Shown one piece after another: positions 36,534 through 44,086 of a DNA stretch of 64,000 bases. Each line of letters begins with the position of its first letter. Position 1 is the first letter of the stretch. Source of the stretch: Elusimicrobiota bacterium. GTDB taxonomy: Bacteria > Elusimicrobiota > Elusimicrobia > UBA1565 > JACRDR01. Below the pieces are notes generated by a model. It saw nothing but the letters and a program-made list of their open reading frames with translations, did not search any database and was not told where the DNA came from. Where the stretch lies: the NCBI GenBank assembly GCA_041694815.1, contig JBGFSC010000033.1, positions 64,001-128,000 of the forward strand, read 5' to 3'. Both the position numbers and the translations under genes were made by a program.

Positions 36534-38144
36534 ATGGCCCGAAGAGAACGATTAGGGGCTTGTCCCCTGCTTCAGAACTGCCTCAAGAGCGCGGCCTTGG
36601 CCGGCTTTTGGGGCGTCGTCGTTTTAGGGGCCATCCCGGCGTTCGCCGGGGAAGGAGGCGGGCAGGCGGGCACCTTCCTTTCCTATGGGGTCGGCGCCCG
36701 CGCCCTGGCGATGGGCGGTGCCTTCTACGCCATCTCAGACGACGCTACCGCGGGGTACTGGAACCCGGCCGGCTTGGCCCAGGTTCAACGCAAGGAGCTC
36801 ACTACGATGCAGGCCACGCTCTTCGCCCAGACCAAGCTCACCTATATGGGCTTCGCCTATCCCCGCGCCGCCGGCGGCACCTGGGCCTTCAGCCTGACGC
36901 AGTTGGTCTCCTCCGGTTTCGAGAAGGTCAGCGCCACCTTCGACCCCGCCACCAGCGAGCCCACCGGGGTGCAGACCGCGGGCAGCTTCTCCGACCAACA
37001 GACGGCCTACGGCCTGTCCTGGGGAAAGCAGGTCACCGACACCATGTCCTTCGGAACGACGCTCAAGCAGGTCAAGCGCCAGCTCGACAATTCCGTCGAC
37101 AGCCATATGGCCATGGACATCGGCATGATGCGGCAGATGTCGAGTCTCCACAGGCTCGGCATCGGCGTGCAGAACGTCTTTAGCCGCAGCTCCGGGGACA
37201 CCGACGATAAACTGCCCGTCACGGCGAAGCTAGGCAACAGCCTGACCCTCTTTAAGGGTCGCCTTCTCTTCGGCCTCGACCTCGCCAAGCCACAGACCAG
37301 CGGCTTGGGCTGGCGCTTCGGCGGCGAGTTCTGGGCCACCCGCTGGTTTCCGCTCCGCTTCGGCCTGATGGGTTCGCCGGGCATCCAGGAGACCGATTTC
37401 GGCTTCGGCCTCGCCTTCCGCTACTTCAACCTCGACATCGCCAACGGCATCCACGATCTCGGCGCCAGCACCCGCATCTCGCTGACGGCCAAGTTCGGCA
37501 AGTCCAAGAACGAGGTTTCGGGAGAGAAGATCAGCGCGCTCATCCAGGCGGGCTTCGAGGCCTTCAAGGAGGGCAATTTCCGCCTCGCCACGGTGCGCTT
37601 CACGCAGGCGGCCGACGCCGACCCGGAGAACCGCGACGTGCGCGCGATGCTCACCCGCCTGCAGACGGCGGTGACCTACGTGCCCGAGGCCCAGGGCGGC
37701 GAGGAGATACAGACCTACATCCGCAAGGGCGTGATCGCCTACGTCGACGGCCGCGACCTGCGGGGCGCGGTCAATTCCCTGCGCTACGCCTTCAACAAGA
37801 ACCCGCGCGACGAGAAGCTGCTCTCCTTGCTCAACTTAGTCGAGCGCGAGACGGGGGCCTCGGAGATGACCCGCAAGCCGGAGGGGCCCGAGCAGTTCAC
37901 CTTCGTCGATCAGAAGATCTTCGACGCGCGCCAGGCCGTCTACGACGGCAAGTACGACCTGGCCATCCGCCGCACGCAGGACGTGCTCGACCTGGAGCCC
38001 AACAACGTCACGGCGCTCGAGATCATGGGCAGCGCCTTCTTCCTGATGGAGGAGCGGGCCAAGGCGAAGGCGGTCTGGAAGAAGGTGCTCCAGATCGACC
38101 CGAAGAACCGGGTGGTGCGCGAATTCCTCCAGCAGATTCAGTAA
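36534..38144 (+). CDS. PorV/PorQ (UPF0164)-family outer-membrane beta-barrel fused to C-terminal TPR repeats
   Basis: Signal peptide ending AFA; hallmark 'FL..GVGARALAMGGAF.A..DDATA.YWNPAGLA'; amphipathic beta strands to about 37500, then helical TPRs (AFKEGNF...DPEN; LDLEPNN...LQIDPKN). The exact start is uncertain. Confidence 0.85.
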   Translation: MARRERLGACPLLQNCLKSAALAGFWGVVVLGAIPAFAGEGGGQAGTFLSYGVGARALAMGGAFYAISDDATAGYWNPAGLAQVQRKELTTMQATLFAQTKLTYMGFAYPRAAGGTWAFSLTQLVSSGFEKVSATFDPATSEPTGVQTAGSFSDQQTAYGLSWGKQVTDTMSFGTTLKQVKRQLDNSVDSHMAMDIGMMRQMSSLHRLGIGVQNVFSRSSGDTDDKLPVTAKLGNSLTLFKGRLLFGLDLAKPQTSGLGWRFGGEFWATRWFPLRFGLMGSPGIQETDFGFGLAFRYFNLDIANGIHDLGASTRISLTAKFGKSKNEVSGEKISALIQAGFEAFKEGNFRLATVRFTQAADADPENRDVRAMLTRLQTAVTYVPEAQGGEEIQTYIRKGVIAYVDGRDLRGAVNSLRYAFNKNPRDEKLLSLLNLVERETGASEMTRKPEGPEQFTFVDQKIFDARQAVYDGKYDLAIRRTQDVLDLEPNNVTALEIMGSAFFLMEERAKAKAVWKKVLQIDPKNRVVREFLQQIQ

Positions 38145-38145
38145 A

Positions 38146-38208
38146 CGGCGACGAGCCAGGCATTGCCGCCTGCGGAGACCTCCTACGGCAATGCCTGGCT
38201 CGTCGCCG
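38146..38208. repeat. Perfect 23-bp inverted repeat (intergenic hairpin)
   Basis: cggcgacgagccaggcattgccg (38146-38168) and its exact reverse complement (38186-38208), 17-nt loop; no immediate U-tract. Confidence 0.9.
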
Positions 38209-38251
38209 GGCGACTTGAAAATTTAATATGGGGCCCCTACACTTATCGAGT

Positions 38252-40180
38252 ATGCTCCGCTTAAGGATCGTGGCGGCCTTATTGGCCGTTCACGCGGCGA
38301 TGCCCGTCGGCGCCCGGGCGGTCGTCGACGCTCCCGACCTGTCGCTGCTCGAGAGAGAGACCGCCCTCAAGCGCGAGATCGAGAACAAGATCCAAAGCGA
38401 TATTCTCGACCCGATACTGGGCAAGGACCGGGCGAAGGTATTCATGGACATCCAGTTGGAGGTCATGGCCCAGCAGCGCGAGAATCAGCGCACCGGCGCC
38501 GGCATGGCGGAACGCTACAAAGAGAAGCTCGGTCCCAATCCGGGCGCCAGCTTTCCCATGCAATTCATCCTGCCCGGGGTGCCCAAGCCGAAGAACGTCA
38601 ACAACGCCCCGACCCCCAAGCCGGAGGCCTCGCAGGGCCAGGTCGCCTCGCAGGAGAAGGCCGACAAGGAGGAGATATTCTCCCTGCAGACCACGGTCAA
38701 GCGCCTGCTCGTGACCGTGATCCACGACGATAGCCTGCCGCAGCCCAAACTCGAGATGGTGCGCCAGCGCATCATTGATGCCCTCACGCAGTTTAAGCTC
38801 GGCAAGGACCAGATCGTTTTCCGACCCACGAATTTCAAGACGGCCGTATGGCTCGACGATTTGAAGAACCCGAGCGTCTACATCCCGCTGCTCTACGCGC
38901 TCCTCCTGCTGCTGCTGCTGCTGTTCCTCTTCGGACCGCTGGCGGGTTTCATGCGCCGCTATGTCGAGGCCATCCGGGAGAAACCCGCCGCGGAGGTGAA
39001 CGTCGAATCCCAGATCGAACAGCCGGAGGAGGAGGGGCGGGGCCTCGGGGGCCCCGAAAAGAGCGAGCTCGACATCATGCTCGGGCGCAAGCCGACCGAG
39101 CCGCCGCCGCCGTCGGAGGAGGACGAGGCCATGAAGAAATTTGAGCCGTTCGCCTACATCAACGAGGAGAACCTCAAGCGCCTGGCCAATCTGTTCATGC
39201 TGCGCCGCGAGGAGCCCTGGCTGATCGCCGTCGTCTTAAGCTACTTGAAGCCCGAGTTCGCGCGGCAGGTGCTAACGCAGTTGCCCGTGGAGCTGCAGGC
39301 CAAGGTCGCCCTGGAGGCCCTGAAGGTGCGGCAGGTGACCCGCGAGCAGGTGGTCGCCATCGACGCAGATGTCAAGGAGTCGATCGACTTCGTCGTCGGC
39401 GGTATGGAGCGCCTTACCCAGATGCTCGAGGAGTCCGACACGCAGACCCGCAAGAACATCCTGGAGTACCTAAAGAACGAGAAGCCCATGGTCTACGAGC
39501 GGGTGCGCAAGTTCATCCTCACCTTCGAGGACGTGGTGGGTTTCCCGGACCGCGAGATGCAGGCCATCGTCCGCGAGCTCAAGACCGACGCGATGGCGCG
39601 CGCCCTGCAGGGAGCCTCGCCGGAGGTGGTCAACAAATTCCTTTCCAACATGTCGGGGGGCGCGGCCTCCCTGCTCAAGGAGTCCATGGAGTACAGCAAG
39701 GGCTTGACCGAGGCCCAGGTGGAGGAGGAGCGGAGCAAGATTATCGATACGATCAAGACGATGGAGAAGGAAGGCAAGATCGCCATACGCGAGGGGCGTG
39801 GCCAGCTCGAGGGCTTCCAGGAGGAGCTAGCTATCGAGCGCGTCGAGCGCCTCGGCGCGCGGGCGCAGGCGAAGGCGGCGCTGCCCGCTCCCGCCCCGGC
39901 CGCCGCTTCAGACCCTGCCGCCGCGCAGCAATTCCTACAGGCAGGAGCGCAGGCGCACGACGCAGGCCGTTTTGAGGAGGCCATGGCCCAGCTGCGCCAA
40001 GCCCTGGATTTGGACCCGAATCTCTGGCAAGCTTATCAGTACCTTGGCAACGCCCTGCTGCAAACAGGTCGTGCGACGGAGGCGCTGGGCTGCTACGAGA
40101 AGCTGCTTGAGATCAATCCTGATCCCCAACTGCGGTCGTGGGTCGAGAGCTTCAAGGCCCAGTTGAAAACGGCATCATGA
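38252..40180 (+). CDS. Fusion protein: signal peptide + FliF C-terminal ring-building (RBM3)-like domain + TM helix + FliG middle/C-terminal domains + TPR
   Basis: MLRLRIVAALLAVHAAMPVGARA signal (alternative ATG at 38228). 'EIENKIQSDILDPILGKDRAKV...PGVP...VKRLLVTVIHD...KDQIVFRPTNF' is FliF_C-like; poly-Leu TM; 'PFAYI...EEPWLIAVVLSYL...GGMERL...LTFEDV...DREMQAIVRE...ALQGAS...NMS..AASLLKE...EKEGKI' is FliG-like; terminal TPR pair. Confidence 0.8.
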   Translation: MLRLRIVAALLAVHAAMPVGARAVVDAPDLSLLERETALKREIENKIQSDILDPILGKDRAKVFMDIQLEVMAQQRENQRTGAGMAERYKEKLGPNPGASFPMQFILPGVPKPKNVNNAPTPKPEASQGQVASQEKADKEEIFSLQTTVKRLLVTVIHDDSLPQPKLEMVRQRIIDALTQFKLGKDQIVFRPTNFKTAVWLDDLKNPSVYIPLLYALLLLLLLLFLFGPLAGFMRRYVEAIREKPAAEVNVESQIEQPEEEGRGLGGPEKSELDIMLGRKPTEPPPPSEEDEAMKKFEPFAYINEENLKRLANLFMLRREEPWLIAVVLSYLKPEFARQVLTQLPVELQAKVALEALKVRQVTREQVVAIDADVKESIDFVVGGMERLTQMLEESDTQTRKNILEYLKNEKPMVYERVRKFILTFEDVVGFPDREMQAIVRELKTDAMARALQGASPEVVNKFLSNMSGGAASLLKESMEYSKGLTEAQVEEERSKIIDTIKTMEKEGKIAIREGRGQLEGFQEELAIERVERLGARAQAKAALPAPAPAAASDPAAAQQFLQAGAQAHDAGRFEEAMAQLRQALDLDPNLWQAYQYLGNALLQTGRATEALGCYEKLLEINPDPQLRSWVESFKAQLKTAS

Positions 40181-40192
40181 TAGGAGCGTCCC

Positions 40193-41566
40193 GTGTCCGA
40201 AGAAAAGAAAGACGATAAGAAGCCCTTTTCCTTGCCTCCTCTTCCCGGAGGCCTGAGGCTGCCGCCCATGCCGGGGATGGGGGCCGGCTCCCTGCGTCCC
40301 GGCCTGCCACTGGGCCCGGGGCCCGCGGCGGCGGTGGCGCCCTCCGCCGTTCCGGAGCCGCCGAAGCCGCCGGAACCACCGGGGGCCGAGCTGGAACGCA
40401 AGCTGGCCGAGACCGAAAAGCGCCTGCAGGAGGAGAGGGAGAAGGTGCTCTTAGCCAATCTCAAGGCGCAGGAAGAGAAGGTCTACGCGGCGAAGGTAGA
40501 GACGGCGATCAAGGAGGTGCAGGAGAAGCTGCGCCGTGACCGCCGGGACGCCGACGCCGAGGAGGCCAGGATACGCTTGGAGGCCCGCATCCAGGAGCTC
40601 GAACAGAAACTCATCGCCGAGCGCGAGACATGGGTCACTACGCTCAAGGGGCAGATGCAGAGCCGCCAGGCGCAGGATCGCGAGATCGAGACGCAGTTCA
40701 CCTCGCGGATGCAGGAGATGGAGCGGCGCTGGCTGGAGGAGAAGGCGCATTGGCAGAAATCCCTCATGGGCAAGGAGGAGGAGAACCGCGCCCTCAGGAA
40801 CATCGTCGAGAAGCTCAAGGGGGCGGACCTCGAGCTGCAAAAGGTGTCGCAGGAGAAGAAGCTCCTGGAGGTCCGGATCGCCGAACTGGGTCAGGAGGCC
40901 GCCGCCGCCCAATCGCAGGCGCGCGCCATGGCCGAGCATGAGAAGGAGTATTTCGCACTCAAGGCGGAGCTGACGTTGGCCCGCGAGCAGGCGCGGCTCA
41001 AGCAGGAGGCCCTCGAGGGGGAGCTCAAGAGGCTCAAGGACGAGAACGAGCCCCTGCGCCGCGACGCCCAGGGCGCCTACGCACGAGCCCGGGCCGAGGC
41101 CGACCTCGAGATCCATACCCACCGCGAGCGCTTCGAGCGGCAGGCCCAGGCGGCGCGGGAGGAGGCCGCCTCGGAAATCCAAAGGCTCAAGGGGCAATTG
41201 GAGGCCGCCAGCGCCTCGCTGCAGCGCATGCGGGCCGTCGGCGCGGCGTTGGAGAGGCAGGCCGCCGCCCTGCGGGTGCAGGCCGAGGAGGCGGGCAAGG
41301 CCAAAAAGGAGCTCGAGCAGATGAACGAGCGCTACAAGGCGGAGTTTCTCGTCCTGCAGCGCCGCTGGCTCGAGCGCGAAAAGGAGATACGCCAGGAGTC
41401 GCAGCGGGCCGTCGAGCAGATGCGGCGGGAGGCCGAGGCGGCCGTCGCCCAGGCGAGGAAGGATTTGGAGGAGGAGCGCCGCAGGACGGCGCTGCTTGAG
41501 GGCGAGATCCGCCACCGCCAGGTCGCGGGGCTGCTCAAGCCCGAGCCTCCGGCGGCGCCGGCATGA
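40193..41566 (+). CDS. Long coiled-coil protein with Pro-rich N-terminus, probably cytoplasmic
   Basis: AGGAG then GTG start; about 65 aa Pro/Gly-rich followed by about 380 aa E/K/R/Q/A/L heptads; no signal or TM; ATGA overlap with flbD. Confidence 0.8.
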   Translation: MSEEKKDDKKPFSLPPLPGGLRLPPMPGMGAGSLRPGLPLGPGPAAAVAPSAVPEPPKPPEPPGAELERKLAETEKRLQEEREKVLLANLKAQEEKVYAAKVETAIKEVQEKLRRDRRDADAEEARIRLEARIQELEQKLIAERETWVTTLKGQMQSRQAQDREIETQFTSRMQEMERRWLEEKAHWQKSLMGKEEENRALRNIVEKLKGADLELQKVSQEKKLLEVRIAELGQEAAAAQSQARAMAEHEKEYFALKAELTLAREQARLKQEALEGELKRLKDENEPLRRDAQGAYARARAEADLEIHTHRERFERQAQAAREEAASEIQRLKGQLEAASASLQRMRAVGAALERQAAALRVQAEEAGKAKKELEQMNERYKAEFLVLQRRWLEREKEIRQESQRAVEQMRREAEAAVAQARKDLEEERRRTALLEGEIRHRQVAGLLKPEPPAAPA

Positions 41567-41787
41567 TCCGCTTGACGCGACTCAACGGCTCGCCGATCAC
41601 GGTGAACGCCGAGCTCATCGAGTCGATCGAGGGGGAGGCGGACACCGTCCTGTCCTTGGCGACGGGCAACCGCTACGTCGTCAAGGAGTCCGTCGAGGAG
41701 GTCGTCTCCAAGGTGGTCGAATACCGCAAGAAGGTCAACGCGGAGCGTCCCGTGACGAATCCCATTCAGGGGTTCGAGCGGAAGTAG
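41563..41787 (+). CDS. flbD: Flagellar FlbD/SwrD family protein
   Basis: MIRLTRLNG....VNAELIESIE...DTVLSL.TG.RYVVKES.EEV...V.EYR pattern; flbD-motA-motB order. Confidence 0.9.
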   Translation: MIRLTRLNGSPITVNAELIESIEGEADTVLSLATGNRYVVKESVEEVVSKVVEYRKKVNAERPVTNPIQGFERK

Positions 41788-41800
41788 GGAAGGGGCCAAC

Positions 41801-42616
41801 ATGGATATCGCAACAGTGATGGGCATCATCGTCTTCTTCGGACTGACCGTATCGTCGATATGGATCGCCGAAGGCGCGGCGGGATTTAAGCCTTTCGCCA
41901 ACCTGGAGGCCTTGCTCATGGTGATGGGGGGCACTTTCTGCGCCACCCTGGTCAATTACCCGCTCAACCAGGTGGTCGGCCTGGGTGGGATCCTGCGCAA
42001 GGTGATGCGCTCCTCCGGCGAGGACACCTCCAAGATCGTCGGCACCTTCGTCGCCTTGTCACAGAAGGCCAAGCGGGAAGGCTTCCTCGCGCTGCAAGGC
42101 GACGTGCGCGGGCTCGACAACGATTTCCTGAGGCGGGGGGTGCAGCTCGTCATCGACGGGGCCGACCAGGAATTCATCCGGAACATGCTCGAGACCGAGA
42201 TTGGCTTCCTCCGCGAACGGCATAAGGTCGGCCAGGAGATATTCAACGCCATGGGCACCTACGCCCCCGCCTTCGGCATCATCGGTACCGTGCTGGGCAT
42301 GATACTCATGCTCTCCTCGATCGATGACGTCGCTCAGGTCCCGCGCCGTATGGCCCTGGCCCTGGCGGCCGCCTTCTACGGGCTCGGCTCCGGTTACATG
42401 ATATTCCTGCCCATGGGCGGCAAGCTTCGGCGGCGTTCCGAGGAGGAGATGCTCGTCAAGGAGATCGTCATCCGCGGGGTGCTGCTCCTGCAAAGCGGCG
42501 CGACCCCGAGCGTGGTGGAGGCCAATCTCAAGGCTTACTTGGAACCGGCCAAGCGCGTATTGATCAAGACGGCCGAGGAAGCGACGCCCGCCGCCCCGGC
42601 GCCCGGAGCAAGATAA
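41801..42616 (+). CDS. motA: MotA/PomA-family stator subunit
   Basis: MDIAT..G start, 'GGT..ATL', 'KAKREGFLAL', 'FL.RG.QLVIDG', 'APAFGIIGTVLGMI', 'FYG.....IFLP..GKL'. Confidence 0.92.
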   Translation: MDIATVMGIIVFFGLTVSSIWIAEGAAGFKPFANLEALLMVMGGTFCATLVNYPLNQVVGLGGILRKVMRSSGEDTSKIVGTFVALSQKAKREGFLALQGDVRGLDNDFLRRGVQLVIDGADQEFIRNMLETEIGFLRERHKVGQEIFNAMGTYAPAFGIIGTVLGMILMLSSIDDVAQVPRRMALALAAAFYGLGSGYMIFLPMGGKLRRRSEEEMLVKEIVIRGVLLLQSGATPSVVEANLKAYLEPAKRVLIKTAEEATPAAPAPGAR

Positions 42617-43359
42617 TGCCCCTACGGGCGCCCAAGGGCTTCATCGACGAGACGGACCCCAAGGTCTGCCAGATTGGGCACCCCGCGCCCCCCTGGCTCG
42701 TCAACTACGCCGATCTCATGACCGAACTGGTCTGCTTCTTCGTCATTCTCTACGCCTTGTCGGCGGCACTCAACAAGAACGTGCAGCAGGCCGCCAAGCA
42801 GGTCAAGGAGATGATCGAGAACAAGGAAGTCTCGGGTGAGGTGAAGGTCGACCGCGAAGGGCTCAAGATATCGCTGGAGGAGCAGGGAGAGAACGTCTTT
42901 TTCGAGAGCGGTTCGGCGGAGCTTACCCCGCGTATGCGCGTGCTCATGAACAAGCTCGCCCCGGTGCTGACTAAGCTCGTGCAGCAGCACGAGATCATCA
43001 TCGAGGGGCATACCGACAATATCCCGATCAAGAACGACCTCTACCTCTCCAATTGGGAGCTCTCCTCCGAGCGCGCCACCAATGTCGTCGAATACCTGAT
43101 CATGGCGCACGGCTTCCCGCCATCCAAGATGGGGGCCATGGGGTACGGTGAGAACCGTCCGGTCGTTGCCAACGACACGCCGGCCAATCGCGCGCGCAAC
43201 CGCCGGGTGGTTTTCTTCGTCAAGAACGCACCGATCGCGCCGCCGGCGGCCGCCAAGGCGCCCGCGGCCGTGCCCGCGCAGGCACAGGCTCCGCTTCCCG
43301 CCTCTAAGGGGGCGCTCGAGACGCTTCGAGGCGTCTTGTCCCGATTTACTCCAAAATGA
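42616..43359 (+). CDS. motB: MotB-family stator subunit with OmpA-like peptidoglycan-binding domain
   Basis: 'WLVNYADLMTELVCFFVILYA' TM with the conserved Asp; 'FESGSA.L', 'IEGHTDN.PI', 'SNWELSS.RA', 'GYGE.RP', 'RA.NRRV'. Confidence 0.92.
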   Translation: MPLRAPKGFIDETDPKVCQIGHPAPPWLVNYADLMTELVCFFVILYALSAALNKNVQQAAKQVKEMIENKEVSGEVKVDREGLKISLEEQGENVFFESGSAELTPRMRVLMNKLAPVLTKLVQQHEIIIEGHTDNIPIKNDLYLSNWELSSERATNVVEYLIMAHGFPPSKMGAMGYGENRPVVANDTPANRARNRRVVFFVKNAPIAPPAAAKAPAAVPAQAQAPLPASKGALETLRGVLSRFTPK

Positions 43360-43372
43360 TTCAATAAGACGA

Positions 43373-44071
43373 ATGCCCCGCCTCGTTCTATTCCTTTCCT
43401 TAATAATGACCTTGAGCGCCTGCTCAGGCCTGCAATTGGGCAAGGGCAGGAAGAAGGTTGTCTTGTTCGATTACGCGGAAGGGCGCGTCGTCGACGTCGC
43501 GATTACGGACCGGCGCACGGGGGCCACGGAATTGCTGTTCGTATCGATGCCGAAGCGCTCCCTGTTCTTGGAAGGCTATATTCAGGGAATCGTCACCGAT
43601 TACAACGACAACCCGATCCAGGGGGTGATCGTGCGTGCCTTGGCCGAGGGCGAGCAGAAAATGATCGAAAGCGGAAAGGCGGCCTTCCAGAGCTCATCCT
43701 TCGACGCGGGCGTCAGCGACACCAACGGCATCTACCGCATCCGCTTTTCTTTGCCCGTGATCAATCGCAAGATCGACGTGCGCGGGAAATTCCTGTACAA
43801 TCCGGGCTGGGAGCAGGAGAAGGTCAATCTCGGCAAGGCGTACGAGCCCCAGACCAAGGAATCCCCCTTCCGGCTCATCTTCGATGAGGCGCAGGGAATG
43901 CTCGTATTCGCCGAGGGGATCCGCAAGGCCATCGTGATGCCCGTGCTCAGCAACGCCCCTCCCAAGACGCAGCTGCCCGGCGTCAAGCCCGTCGAGGCCC
44001 CGAAGGAAGAGAAGAAGCCGGAAAAGCCTGCGGAAGACGACCTGTTCAAGAGCTTCGGCTTCGGCCCCTAG
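43373..44071 (+). CDS. Lipoprotein with carboxypeptidase-regulatory-like beta-sandwich domain
   Basis: Start reassigned to ATG 43373: MPRLVLFLSLIMTLSA-C lipobox; 'IQGIVTDYNDNPIQGVIV...SDTNGIYRI'. Confidence 0.7.
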   Translation: MPRLVLFLSLIMTLSACSGLQLGKGRKKVVLFDYAEGRVVDVAITDRRTGATELLFVSMPKRSLFLEGYIQGIVTDYNDNPIQGVIVRALAEGEQKMIESGKAAFQSSSFDAGVSDTNGIYRIRFSLPVINRKIDVRGKFLYNPGWEQEKVNLGKAYEPQTKESPFRLIFDEAQGMLVFAEGIRKAIVMPVLSNAPPKTQLPGVKPVEAPKEEKKPEKPAEDDLFKSFGFGP

Positions 44072-44086
44072 CCTGCCTTTCCCGCG

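Noticed and set aside
36229..38208. CRISPR array from the intergenic palindromes
   Set aside because: Single hairpins with no repeat-spacer periodicity and no cas genes.
38900..38923. CTC/CTG trinucleotide run as a phase-variable tract
   Set aside because: It encodes the poly-Leu TM helix; slippage would stay in frame.
38228..43359. Ordinary flagellar operon
   Set aside because: Fused FliF/FliG-like gene, altered motifs and no other flagellar genes nearby; it cannot be fully excluded without the rest of the genome.
41801..43359. Zorya ZorAB, ExbBD or TolQR
   Set aside because: No long ZorA tail or zorC/D/E; MotA/MotB-specific motifs, an OmpA-like domain and the flbD/FliG context point to flagellar-type stators.
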